42,461 nucleotides of DNA from a virus (IMGVR_UViG_3300028899_000089:1-42461); one strand, 5' to 3'. Counted from the stretch's first letter, positions 27,899 through 38,015 are shown. The notes: generated from the letters alone by a model not told the origin. A program made the numbers and translations.

Positions 27899-28768
27899 CT
27901 AGTGTTTTATAATTTTAGACATACCTCTTAATGTCTGCGTAATTTCTTCTATCTTAATGTTTGATAATCTAATCTTTGCTTTTCTAGTTTCAGCAATCTT
28001 ATCCCTTCTAAATCTCATTATAATATTATCTGGTATACCAACTCGAGTTGACAATATTCCGTACGCGATCCATTTGTACATCGCTTCTTCAGCAAATTTG
28101 TGAACTTGCATTTCGGCATCTGTTCCAAGACTATCACTTATATACTTTAAGATTACAGTTTTTCCACTGATATTAGAGCTAAAGTGAATTTTTCCTGCAT
28201 TTTCGTCTACATAAAAAGAACCATTGGTTTGAGCGTGCCCTGGTTCTAATCCGTATCTTTGCCCCATCGCTGAAACATAATAATCATCATTATATGAATC
28301 TTGATTTTCTGATGGAGCGCTATTATTATAACTATCCCATGTTGTAGAGCTCGTGTCTGTATCTAAACTGCTATCAGTAAAAGTATAGTCACCATTCGTG
28401 TCTTGAGTTACATCGGTTGGATTAGATGTCTTGCTAGTAGGATATAATACATGTTCTACCCCCGCGCTATCACTCCATACTAGTTTTACATAGTTAACAT
28501 AGTCTTGTGGTAGCAACATTTGTAGTGTAGCAGGTACAACTATTTCCTGTGCTTTTGTAGATTTAAAAGTGTCAAAACTTAGTTCCGCTAAAGCTCTTTG
28601 AGCATAAAACGCTATGGTGGAGGTTTTTACTTTAGGTATTAAATTATCTTCCCCTGTGTAAGCGAAGATAAAGTTATTTATAATGTTATCTAAAGATACA
28701 AATTGATATCCTCCAAGACTACTCCCCTCGTAGTACGACTGCTGTGTTTGATCGTCTAATAATCCCAT
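27899..28768 (-). CDS. Tail ring/tubular (adaptor-like) structural protein
   Basis: 289 aa with LPQDYVNYVKL and IHFSS...VILKYISD motifs; lies between capsid and muzzle genes. Confidence 0.65.
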   Translation of the reverse strand: MGLLDDQTQQSYYEGSSLGGYQFVSLDNIINNFIFAYTGEDNLIPKVKTSTIAFYAQRALAELSFDTFKSTKAQEIVVPATLQMLLPQDYVNYVKLVWSDSAGVEHVLYPTSKTSNPTDVTQDTNGDYTFTDSSLDTDTSSTTWDSYNNSAPSENQDSYNDDYYVSAMGQRYGLEPGHAQTNGSFYVDENAGKIHFSSNISGKTVILKYISDSLGTDAEMQVHKFAEEAMYKWIAYGILSTRVGIPDNIIMRFRRDKIAETRKAKIRLSNIKIEEITQTLRGMSKIIKH

Positions 28769-28776
28769 GTGTTATG

Positions 28777-29706
28777 TTATTTCGTTTGTGATTCTTTTGC
28801 CATTGCAACTTGCATTAATTCTGGATTTTTAATACTTATACCTGCTAAAGCTAAAATCTTTATTACTAAAGTGTTTTCTTCAGATTCGTGTAACTCAAAA
28901 TCCGTAGACGAAGCACTGTTATATAACGCTGTGCTGTTTATCTCTGTGTAACCCCAAGAAACCTCACTTGGTCTTCTTATGTAATTACACTTTATATCTT
29001 GTGCCCAAAAACTTAAAGTAACATCCGTAGTGGTGCCGGTTGCGGCTTGCGATAAGGTTAACTCCCCAGTGCTCGCGTTAATTGCGTCAACATTTGTGCC
29101 ACTAGGTATGTCAGTGCCGGTTATTTTTTGCCCAACTTCAATAGAACTTATGTTACCACCAAGGTCAACCGAAGCACTAGTATCAGCGTCGGTGTCTCCA
29201 TTTTGAGTAAACGATTTAATAAACTGCTTTGAAGCATCTGTAGCGTGTTGAGGGTAAACCCTTACGTTTGAACCGTCTCTTACTAACACAGGTCTTTTTA
29301 AGTTGTAGTTTGCTAATGGTGATCTTTCTATTTGTATGAGTTCTTTTTCTGTAACTTCTTCTATCATTATGTTTTCAAGCCCAGCAGCGCTCCCATCTCT
29401 AAATACCTCGCCTAATCGATAGAGGTTTGTTGGTAAAGCAGCATGAGTAACTGTTACACCTAATTGCTCCCTGCTAACTTCAAATGGTTGTATTTTTTCT
29501 ATGGTCAGCTTCTTAACATCGTTGTATTGGGAATTGTTTTTTTGAGAAAACTCAATTGCACTTAATTTGAAAAAATAATTTTCAAATATATCGAATTGAA
29601 CTTGATTAGCAAATAAATTAAATTGTTGTGGGTTGATGTACCCTCTTTGTTCTTTGTTAGCGATTGCTAAAACTCTTTGATATACTGTATCTATATTTAT
29701 TGCCAT
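28777..29706 (-). CDS. Head-tail adaptor / ring protein (P22 gp4-like position)
   Basis: 309 aa: VYQRVLAIANKEQRGYINPQQFNLFANQVQ...YIRRP...DFELH...LVIKILALAGI. Confidence 0.65.
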   Translation of the reverse strand: MAINIDTVYQRVLAIANKEQRGYINPQQFNLFANQVQFDIFENYFFKLSAIEFSQKNNSQYNDVKKLTIEKIQPFEVSREQLGVTVTHAALPTNLYRLGEVFRDGSAAGLENIMIEEVTEKELIQIERSPLANYNLKRPVLVRDGSNVRVYPQHATDASKQFIKSFTQNGDTDADTSASVDLGGNISSIEVGQKITGTDIPSGTNVDAINASTGELTLSQAATGTTTDVTLSFWAQDIKCNYIRRPSEVSWGYTEINSTALYNSASSTDFELHESEENTLVIKILALAGISIKNPELMQVAMAKESQTK

Positions 29707-29715
29707 AATTTTTTT

Positions 29716-29751
29716 ATTATAATAAAGTAACCACCCCGAAGAGTGGTTACT
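29716..29751 (-). terminator. Intrinsic terminator-like hairpin with a cUUCGg loop
   Basis: Minus strand AGTAACCACTC-TTCG-GGGTGGTTACT followed by TTATT, downstream of 29764..30591. Confidence 0.7.
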
Positions 29752-29763
29752 CTACTAAGGTTG

Positions 29764-30591
29764 TTACGATCTAAATCGTTTTTCAATATTGGAGTAAATC
29801 TCCATTCCTTCATCAGTCTTAAACCAAGCGGCTAAGGCTGAGTATGGATGTTCGTCGAACGGAACATTCATTAGTTTTCTATTGTTAGAAGCCCAAGTAA
29901 AAGTTCTTTGGTCTTGTGATAAGCTTATTATACCCGTTTCAACAGCTTTAATACCGAAGTTTCTAAGAATAACATTCTCATCATTCACCAACTCTAAGAA
30001 CAATGCTGGATTCCTTTTAGCGTATATAAGTAAATCTCTTTTAAGCTCCTTAGAACTCATCCCTGACACTCTAGAACCTAACTCTACACGCATAACAGCT
30101 TCAGCCATATCCACGTCCATAGTTGACGCTGCGTTTAAAGCTGCTATCTCTGTTTCTATAATACTAATATCATCTGTAGCTACCTTAACGGTATCTAACT
30201 CGTGATAAAGCTTGTCTTTCATTGGGTGGTATAAGGATAGTAACTTTTGCAAAATCGTCTTATTCTTGGGAACGTGTAAAACACCGTCTCTAAAAATAAT
30301 ATGATCTAATCTATGTTCTCCTTTCATCTCATCAACAAAACAAGTTTGCTGATTTTTTGTATACTTTAACTCTCTCTCATACCCCTTCTCTTCATCGAAG
30401 TAGTAAATATCTGCTGCTTTTATAATGTGAGATAATGGGTGTTTTTCTTGAGATAGGTAGTATTGTCTATCTTTAATTACCCAGTCTTTCTCTATTTTAA
30501 GCTGGGGTTTTTCATTTTTTTCTGTAAGTCTTTGGGATTGTTCTACTATATCGCTTGAACGATCCGTAAACTTAATTCTTTCATTTGCCAT
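29764..30591 (-). CDS. Hypothetical phage protein immediately downstream of the major capsid gene
   Basis: 275-aa ORF with an AT-rich leader, flanked by two hairpins. Confidence 0.7.
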   Translation of the reverse strand: MANERIKFTDRSSDIVEQSQRLTEKNEKPQLKIEKDWVIKDRQYYLSQEKHPLSHIIKAADIYYFDEEKGYERELKYTKNQQTCFVDEMKGEHRLDHIIFRDGVLHVPKNKTILQKLLSLYHPMKDKLYHELDTVKVATDDISIIETEIAALNAASTMDVDMAEAVMRVELGSRVSGMSSKELKRDLLIYAKRNPALFLELVNDENVILRNFGIKAVETGIISLSQDQRTFTWASNNRKLMNVPFDEHPYSALAAWFKTDEGMEIYSNIEKRFRS

Positions 30592-30611
30592 AATATAATA
30601 TAATATAAATT

Positions 30612-30650
30612 AATAAATAAAAAGGACCGAGGCCGAAGCCCCGGTTCTTT
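30612..30650 (-). terminator. Intrinsic terminator downstream of the major capsid gene, cUUCGg loop
   Basis: Minus strand AAAGAACCGGGGC-TTCG-GCCTCGGTCCTTT followed by TTATTTATT. Confidence 0.8.
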
Positions 30651-30661
30651 AAAAATTGTGA

Positions 30662-32146
30662 TTAGTTTAACATCATGAAGTTATTAGCTCCTTGTACAAC
30701 TAAACATCTTTCAGATAAGTAATGAACCATCATCTTATCAATGTCGTTTGTCTGCGCACCAACAGAACCAGTAACCCAAGTTTTGAATTGTCTGCTTTCC
30801 ATTTGTGAAGCTCTATAACGAATGTGTAAGAATGGTCTCTTAAGGTTTTTACCTAAAATCTCATCGTAAACTGAAGATACACCCGCTGGGATTATAACTC
30901 CTCTCACTGCATTAACAGTGTCTTGGTCGTTAAGAGATCCTCTCGTACCTTTGTCATTTAGATATTTCCAGTCAGACTTGTAGAAGTCGTAAGAACCTCT
31001 TCTGAATCCAGAGAAACCTAAGTTTAAAGCCATATCTTCTGAGTTGTTGAATACTCCATAAGAAGTACCACCAGCCCCATAAGAATTCATAGAAGCTAAC
31101 ATGTCATCCATTGCTAACGAGGTAGCTCTGTTTACGAACATCATGTTTTCTTCAATCGCGCCTTGCTTGTCAAACTCTGCTAAGATAGCATCAAATTCAG
31201 CTAAATCAGTAGCAGCGTTAACACCTGTAATACCAGATGATTTATTACCTCTATCTTCGATAGCTGCAAATAAACCTTCTGTACCAACCGGCGTACCATC
31301 AGTAAAACCAATAGCTGCTTCAACAACTGAATCTCCACTAGCTTTAACAGACTCAATCATACTCATCTCTAAGTGATCAGTAAATCTAGCTCTAGTGTCA
31401 CCTTCAGCTTTTAAATACCATAAGTAACCTGATTGACCTTCTTCTCCAGTAACTTCAACCCAACCAATCGCAGATGCATCAGATCCTGAAACCTGGTACA
31501 TGTCTTTGATAATAATTGGCTTGTTGCTATAAGATTTGAAAGTTGGCTCGTTAGCTAAATCTTGACCAGCCGAACCCTTAGTGTACTCAGAACCATAAAC
31601 CATGATAACACCAGTGTTAGCGTCAGCCATTCCAATAGCAGTATCTGCTAAATCGTTAGTGTTATAAGGTACTGCTGTAATTTGGTTTGTTGATAAACCA
31701 CCAGCTGTTGAATTGTTAGCTACTGATACGTAACATTTTGCAGTTTTTCCACTTGCTGTAGAAACTACTACTGTATCACCAACACGAATACCGTGTGAGT
31801 TAGCTACATAAGTAGCTCCCGTGTCAACGTGACCTGTAATTGTAATTAAGTTTGAAGAGGCTGTTGTAACTGTACACGTGTAAGTTAGGTGTAATCTACC
31901 TTGTTCTGACCAAACTACTTGGTCTGAAGACATCGCTTCTTCTGCGCCTACCGATGCTAAGAATCCAGAAACAGTTCTTTTTCCAAAGACTTCAGCTTCT
32001 TTTTCCATTAAATCCGGTAAGTATTGTTGTGCCCAACCGTCAGCTCCTGAGCCGTCAGTTGTTGTAAAATCTAGATAATTTGAAGATAACGTCGCTTGTA
32101 CTGCCGACGGCGTTAAGTTTAAATTACCTCCTGGTGTAATTGCCAT
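30662..32146 (-). CDS. Major capsid protein
   Basis: 494 aa, after portal and scaffold and followed by a strong terminator; motifs VVWSEQGRLH, GSEYTKG, GTEGLFAAIEDRGN, LGFSGFRRGSYDFY, HYLSERCL. Confidence 0.85.
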   Translation of the reverse strand: MAITPGGNLNLTPSAVQATLSSNYLDFTTTDGSGADGWAQQYLPDLMEKEAEVFGKRTVSGFLASVGAEEAMSSDQVVWSEQGRLHLTYTCTVTTASSNLITITGHVDTGATYVANSHGIRVGDTVVVSTASGKTAKCYVSVANNSTAGGLSTNQITAVPYNTNDLADTAIGMADANTGVIMVYGSEYTKGSAGQDLANEPTFKSYSNKPIIIKDMYQVSGSDASAIGWVEVTGEEGQSGYLWYLKAEGDTRARFTDHLEMSMIESVKASGDSVVEAAIGFTDGTPVGTEGLFAAIEDRGNKSSGITGVNAATDLAEFDAILAEFDKQGAIEENMMFVNRATSLAMDDMLASMNSYGAGGTSYGVFNNSEDMALNLGFSGFRRGSYDFYKSDWKYLNDKGTRGSLNDQDTVNAVRGVIIPAGVSSVYDEILGKNLKRPFLHIRYRASQMESRQFKTWVTGSVGAQTNDIDKMMVHYLSERCLVVQGANNFMMLN

Positions 32147-32166
32147 TTTGTAATTTTTTTAAATTG

Positions 32167-33384
32167 TTAATTTTTGTTTTTAATTTTCCATTTAAAACTA
32201 GCAGAATCATCACCCAACACTTTAAATTTTGGACCACCTGTATTTTGAACCTCTCCATGTGACTGTCTAGGATCCATACTGATGTTCTTAGATTTAGCTA
32301 CACTATTTTTCATAGCGTCAGCTTTACCTTGGTCATAAAAGTGTTTTGCGATTGCGTCAGGGTTCATAGCTGTGAATAACGATTTATGATAACCCGCCGC
32401 GTCTTCTAATGCGCCAGTCTTTTCATTAAGAAACTTTCCTATGAAATTGTTGACGTTACTTTGGGTTGTTTTAATCTCATTTGCATTATTAACATTATAT
32501 CTAAATCTTTTATCTCCGACATTGAATTCAAAACCTTTGAACTCTTCTCCAAAAAAATTATCAGTTTTAGTGTTAAAGTTAGCATTTAATGATTCACTTC
32601 TTTTCTTTGACTCTTCCGTAGTCTTTTTGTATCTATTAAAGAAATCTTGAGCTTTCTGTTGTTCAGGCGTTAACCTACTTCCAGCTTTGAGTTCTTCATA
32701 GTACCTGGACTTTAGCCCGTCCAAGTGGCTTTTAGCGCTGGCAACTTGCTCTTTAAGCGCTAATTTTTTTCTCCTTACCTCTCTATCGTCGTCCATATCT
32801 TCGTCGAAAGAGAAATTGTCTTCCATGAGGAAGTTTATTTCTTCATCATCTAAATGTGTCTTTGTTTGTTTGTAATACTCTCTTAACAAAGAGGTGTCAT
32901 CTAGACTACTGTAATCTTGACTTAACTTGACGTAGTCAACTAAATCCCCACCCGTTTCATTCATAAAGTCTATTAACTTCTGAACTTTTTCTGGTAAGGG
33001 CGTTCCTGTTGCTTGAGAATGCGCTATCGCTTCTTCCGCTTCACCAGCAATCTCATCCACCTTCTCTTCTACCTCCCCCGTGATCTCTTCTACCACAGAA
33101 GCTTCTTGTTGAGTTTTTTCTTGCTCTTGAGTTGGAGTTGCGTTTTCAACCTCCTCAACCTTAGTTTCAACTTTTTCTTCTTTAACCTCCTCGCTCTCTT
33201 CTTGAGCTGGTGGTTTGCTTAAGTCTACCTTGTGTACTGTTTGTTCTTGTGTTGTTGATTTCCAGTTTTTACTTAAATCAACTTTTGTGACATTTTCCTT
33301 AGGTTCTTCTTTAACCTCGGGAGTTACATCAACTTTTGGTTGAGTAGTTTCTTCAACTATCTCTTCTACTTTGTTTTCTTCCAT
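32167..33384 (-). CDS. Capsid scaffolding-like protein
   Basis: 405 aa with a highly acidic, low-complexity N-terminus and a helical C-terminus; lies between portal and capsid genes. Confidence 0.65.
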   Translation of the reverse strand: MEENKVEEIVEETTQPKVDVTPEVKEEPKENVTKVDLSKNWKSTTQEQTVHKVDLSKPPAQEESEEVKEEKVETKVEEVENATPTQEQEKTQQEASVVEEITGEVEEKVDEIAGEAEEAIAHSQATGTPLPEKVQKLIDFMNETGGDLVDYVKLSQDYSSLDDTSLLREYYKQTKTHLDDEEINFLMEDNFSFDEDMDDDREVRRKKLALKEQVASAKSHLDGLKSRYYEELKAGSRLTPEQQKAQDFFNRYKKTTEESKKRSESLNANFNTKTDNFFGEEFKGFEFNVGDKRFRYNVNNANEIKTTQSNVNNFIGKFLNEKTGALEDAAGYHKSLFTAMNPDAIAKHFYDQGKADAMKNSVAKSKNISMDPRQSHGEVQNTGGPKFKVLGDDSASFKWKIKNKN

Positions 33385-33411
33385 AATATAATATAATAAT
33401 AATTAATAAAT

Positions 33412-35799
33412 TTACAAACTAAATCCTCCGCTTAGTATATCATTACCTGCTTGCTCGAAGTTTTTAGGTGGTTTGTTGTTAGTTCTTTGGTCTATAAGCT
33501 CACTTTGATGTGTCGCTTGAGTTTTTGTTCTTTTGTCTTTACGATCTTGATTTAATGTCTCTTTAGATTTAGCCCCATCAACCTCAAGTTGTTTTAATTG
33601 CATTTGCAATCCAAACTCGTGGTTCATGAGTTCTTTCTTTAACAAGAAATCGTGTTCGTTTTTCCCTTTTTCAATTTCAGCTTTAGCTGTTTCTAACTGG
33701 ACATCTGTTTGAACTTTGGCTTGGGCTTTTTGAATTTCCATTTGAGCAGCTGCTGCCTGTGCTTGAGAATTAGCTTGAGCCTGTGCTTGCATATTTTCTT
33801 GTTGAATCTTTTGATCTCTTTCTTGCTTTTTCTTTCTACGTATTTTTAATAGTTGATTTGCAAGTTTTATATTTTTAATCTCCCTAAGGTCAATGGCATC
33901 TTCTAAATCTATTATTTGTTGTTGAAGTGCCATTTGAATATTATTCTCTAATCTAGATCTTTCCTCATCATCAGGTTGTAAACTTAAGAATATACCGAAA
34001 TCATATAAATGTAGTTCCCCCATTTCCTTTAACGTAGCAACGTTGTGGTTTCCTATAGATTGAATAAAAGCATCTTTAGTTGGAGAGTATTCTATAATGT
34101 CAGATATTCTTAGTGATAAGCATTCCGCCACCTCTGATGTTAAGTATAGGCCCGATTGTAGTATATGTCTAGTTGCTGTGTTTGAATTTGCCGCGGCCAG
34201 TTTTTGTAACCCAACCAACGAATCAGGATCTGGAGCATCAGACCTAGCCTCATTAAGACCAGTCACATCTCTTATCATCTGCATGTAGTAGTTGTAATTA
34301 CCTATCAATGCTTGAAGTTTGTTTCCACCACCGCTGCTGTTTAGTTGTTGAATAGGTATTTTACCTGGATTCATATCACCGTCTTGAGTAAACGATCTAC
34401 CAATAACAGATCCCGTTTGAAAGAACATGTTTAAAGCTTCTTGTGGGTTATAATTTGTTCCATTACCCAGATCTATTTCAGCCAAACCATCAGCGTCTAA
34501 GTAAACACCATCGGGTATCATACGTGATAGTATTTGCTGTATTTTCAAATGGGTTAATTGGATCATATCCGCAAAACCAGTTACACGTTTAACTAAACTT
34601 CCTATTCTACCCTCATACATTCTTGGGGCGCAAATAGCGTAATTCATTTTAACTTTTGTAAAATTACTCTTTGGGCGCATCATGTTTTTTGCCATCTCCC
34701 ATTTAAGTAATTTTTTCGATCCTAGTATGTAAGCTCCCTCGTAAAGTGTCTCTATAGATCTCATCAATTTACTAAATTCTCCCTCCATTCCTTCTGGTGG
34801 GTTAAATTGATCATCTTTCTCTAATACTTTCTCACCACCTGTACTACCTTCTTTTAACTTGTAAACCTCATTCATGTAGGTTTTATAGTTGAAGTATAAT
34901 ACTTTTATTTTATTAGTGTCTTGTTTTTTTCTATTACCAAACCTAGCGTCACTGTTGTTGGTTGTTTTAACTAACTCTTCTAAATCTTCGTGTTTTAAGT
35001 GTGGGAATTGTTTTGCTAGTTCGTTTATTGGAATTTCTTTTACTTCACCAACATAATATATATCTTCAAAATAAGGAGAGTCTGTGTGTGAGTAAACTAA
35101 ATTAGCTGGATCAACATAATCTATCACAACTCCTTCTGATGTGTTAAATGAGGTTTTAACAGCCCCAATCCCAAGAACGGTTAAATCATAATAAAACCTT
35201 CTTCTTATTAACTCATAGTTGTTACCCGTGAATAAAACATTTAAAGCTTGTTCTTCTGCTATTTCTACGGCTTGCTTGTAACTAAGCTGCATATGTAGTT
35301 CTAACTCTTCCTTGCTATCAGGTAGATCATCATCATCTGTTTTAGAGAAATCAAACCCAAAAGATTCCTTCACCATAGCGTGGAAATCCTTTAAACGCAT
35401 ATCTCTCATTACCGTTTCCATGTGCTCCGTCCTCTTGCTAACTCCAAATGGGTCTTGAGAATATGCTTTTATATCATAAGCTCTTTCAGCCATACCGTTA
35501 ACAACGATATCTACAAATTTGGGTATGATTGGAACTGGTTTCCAGTCTAAATTTAAATAGGACAAATCACCGTTTATAGATAACTCATCCTTATATTTTT
35601 GTGTAGACTGCTCGCCACGAGCATATAACCTTAGTTTGTGAAAATCGTTCTTATTAGCTACATATCTATTTCTTGTGCTATCTTTCTCGAACCACTCACT
35701 CTCTATAGCTTTCGCAACTTTAAGGCCATATTCATAACTCATTTTTTCAATATCGCTTACGACTTGACTAGGAAAATGATTATTAATAGATTGTGCCAT
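33412..35799 (-). CDS. Portal protein
   Basis: 795 aa directly after the terminase; VPIIPKFVDIVVNGM, MIRDVTGLNEAR and a Gln/Ala-rich C-terminal coiled-coil barrel like P22-type portals. Confidence 0.85.
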   Translation of the reverse strand: MAQSINNHFPSQVVSDIEKMSYEYGLKVAKAIESEWFEKDSTRNRYVANKNDFHKLRLYARGEQSTQKYKDELSINGDLSYLNLDWKPVPIIPKFVDIVVNGMAERAYDIKAYSQDPFGVSKRTEHMETVMRDMRLKDFHAMVKESFGFDFSKTDDDDLPDSKEELELHMQLSYKQAVEIAEEQALNVLFTGNNYELIRRRFYYDLTVLGIGAVKTSFNTSEGVVIDYVDPANLVYSHTDSPYFEDIYYVGEVKEIPINELAKQFPHLKHEDLEELVKTTNNSDARFGNRKKQDTNKIKVLYFNYKTYMNEVYKLKEGSTGGEKVLEKDDQFNPPEGMEGEFSKLMRSIETLYEGAYILGSKKLLKWEMAKNMMRPKSNFTKVKMNYAICAPRMYEGRIGSLVKRVTGFADMIQLTHLKIQQILSRMIPDGVYLDADGLAEIDLGNGTNYNPQEALNMFFQTGSVIGRSFTQDGDMNPGKIPIQQLNSSGGGNKLQALIGNYNYYMQMIRDVTGLNEARSDAPDPDSLVGLQKLAAANSNTATRHILQSGLYLTSEVAECLSLRISDIIEYSPTKDAFIQSIGNHNVATLKEMGELHLYDFGIFLSLQPDDEERSRLENNIQMALQQQIIDLEDAIDLREIKNIKLANQLLKIRRKKKQERDQKIQQENMQAQAQANSQAQAAAAQMEIQKAQAKVQTDVQLETAKAEIEKGKNEHDFLLKKELMNHEFGLQMQLKQLEVDGAKSKETLNQDRKDKRTKTQATHQSELIDQRTNNKPPKNFEQAGNDILSGGFSL

Positions 35800-35801
35800 A
35801 T

Positions 35802-38015
35802 TTATTTTTTAATTTGTGATAAATTACCATTATTATTATACTTGGCAATATTTATGTTTAATTTTGGTTTTTCAACCTTTGCGTTTGGAGCGTATAAATG
35901 TCTGTTGTTGGCCATAATAGCTAACCCAGAACTTATCGACGCATCGTGCTTTGTTCTTTTATTTATATCAAACCTACTCCAATCGTTCAGCAGTTCGTTG
36001 AAATATAAATCTCCAAAAGTCCCATCTTGCTTTATACCAACGTGATCCTGTATGTACATTTCGATTGCAGCGGCATGTGCTTGTTTAATATCTTCTGAGG
36101 AATTAGGTATTCCTCCAACTTCTTTCTCCGCAACAGATAATTTGTTCCATATTTTATCAGGTCTATTCATACTAAACCCTCTATACCCTCTACGTCTCAG
36201 ATAATACAAGAGACGAGGTTTATTGTTCTCCGCGAGTATAGGCATCCCATAAAATACTAAAGCCATTAGAACGTCCTCAAAGAACATCTCGGCTGTTGGT
36301 GGTCTTGATAGGTATTCTAAAAAGAAACTATTAGCCGGAGCATCGTCCATGCTAAACCTAGTTAAACCGTGTAAAGCTCCTTTAGATCCAACCCCATCTA
36401 CTGTTCCTGATATATCATAACTGTCACAACCAAAAGCTCCCATGTGTTCGTTACCAGGATATTTAATACCATTTTTAATAATAACCCTGTTTTGCAGTTG
36501 TTGAGATGGAACCCAACTAACCTTAAATCTTCCTTTTGGATCTGGGTAAAATATAACTTGAGAATCTTTAATACCATTCACCCACTGGAAATTACCCCTT
36601 GTAATCCCTAGAGTTCTAGACATCTCGTCGTTATAATCTATTTGTTCGTATATCTTAACTAAGTTAAATATACTTCCTTTTGTCTCATCTCTAAACGCGT
36701 GCTCAGTTGTTCTGGGAAACTGACGGTAGAATTCATTCAAACCATCTTGATCGTCTTTTAAACCATCAACTTCATTTTGCCAGTTATCTATTACACCTAC
36801 ATCTATTAGTTCACCGTCTGGTGCGAATCTATCGATATCAGGAGTAGTAAAGACTGGAATTCCGTGCTCGTCAATAAACCCTTCATAGTTCCATTCCATT
36901 GGGATAAACAAAGAGTATAAACCAGACTTTGTCTGACCATTTCTATTTCTTTTTGTGACGTCCGAGGCATTATATAGTTTTTTAAAGTTTTCTCCACCCT
37001 TGTCTAAAGCATTTGAAGTTGAGCCCATCATACATTTACCAACTATTCTACTACCTAATCGTAAACATGTTTTTGTAACTCTCCAGTTATTTAAAATATT
37101 ATCAGGTCTTTCCCATTTCCCACTTTCATCATGTACTAGTAGGTTTAGTTTTTCACCATCATAACTATTATCTCCAGTGTTTTTCCAATCTACCGTTGTG
37201 TCCAGTCCCTGAATGTCTTCCAACTTTTCATTCGCTGTGATCTTCTTCCTCGTAAACTTACTAGCAGGTACACGATAAGCAAGTTCGGACTTAGGGCGAT
37301 CCATACCATCTTGTACAGGTTTAAAAAAGAATGGGTAATTAATTGATATAGGGACAACTTTGTCGGTAAACATTTTTTTAGCATCAGCTCCTGATTTAGA
37401 TAGTATTCCATATCTACTATCACTCGCAAGAGTGGCTAAATTAACGGTTTCCGCAGAAGACATGAAAGAAAATCCAGAACGTCTGTTTTTAAGGTAACAC
37501 ATCCCATAACACCTTTTATCTACTTTACAGGCTTCCCAGAATAAATAGAACAATCTATTTGCTTCTCTAAAATCAGGGGCTCCAACGTCTATCTTGCTCC
37601 ACTGCAAGTACATATAGTGTGTGCCTGTTATATAAGTTGATTTTCCATTGTTTATAAACCAAAAACCCTCCTCCCTTCTTTTGAACTCCTCATCTATATA
37701 ATCAAACCATTGTTCTTTTTGCTCTTCCGGATAACTCCTCCAATCAAAAATATTTTTAATGTTTTTTAGCTCTTTGGGATACTCGGCTTTGACCCACTTA
37801 TTTTTCTTGTGTTTAAAGACTTTTTTTGGTGGTTTGGGTAGAGCTATCTTTAATCCTTGTATCTCATATATCTCACCTATTTGCCCGTTGTGAGACAACA
37901 CCACAATATCATGTTCTTTGTCATAACCGTGCTTCCACTTCTTACCCTTGTTAAGTCTACTAATAGTAGTCTTTTTTATAGGGTCGATTATTTTATATAG
38001 TGTTTGTTCGTACAT
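35802..38015 (-). CDS. terL: Terminase large subunit
   Basis: 737 aa; Walker A variant LKNRRSGFS, Walker B LLVHDESGKW, motif III GSTSN, RNase H-like nuclease motifs FGCDSYD and HDASISSGLA. Confidence 0.9.
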   Translation of the reverse strand: MYEQTLYKIIDPIKKTTISRLNKGKKWKHGYDKEHDIVVLSHNGQIGEIYEIQGLKIALPKPPKKVFKHKKNKWVKAEYPKELKNIKNIFDWRSYPEEQKEQWFDYIDEEFKRREEGFWFINNGKSTYITGTHYMYLQWSKIDVGAPDFREANRLFYLFWEACKVDKRCYGMCYLKNRRSGFSFMSSAETVNLATLASDSRYGILSKSGADAKKMFTDKVVPISINYPFFFKPVQDGMDRPKSELAYRVPASKFTRKKITANEKLEDIQGLDTTVDWKNTGDNSYDGEKLNLLVHDESGKWERPDNILNNWRVTKTCLRLGSRIVGKCMMGSTSNALDKGGENFKKLYNASDVTKRNRNGQTKSGLYSLFIPMEWNYEGFIDEHGIPVFTTPDIDRFAPDGELIDVGVIDNWQNEVDGLKDDQDGLNEFYRQFPRTTEHAFRDETKGSIFNLVKIYEQIDYNDEMSRTLGITRGNFQWVNGIKDSQVIFYPDPKGRFKVSWVPSQQLQNRVIIKNGIKYPGNEHMGAFGCDSYDISGTVDGVGSKGALHGLTRFSMDDAPANSFFLEYLSRPPTAEMFFEDVLMALVFYGMPILAENNKPRLLYYLRRRGYRGFSMNRPDKIWNKLSVAEKEVGGIPNSSEDIKQAHAAAIEMYIQDHVGIKQDGTFGDLYFNELLNDWSRFDINKRTKHDASISSGLAIMANNRHLYAPNAKVEKPKLNINIAKYNNNGNLSQIKK

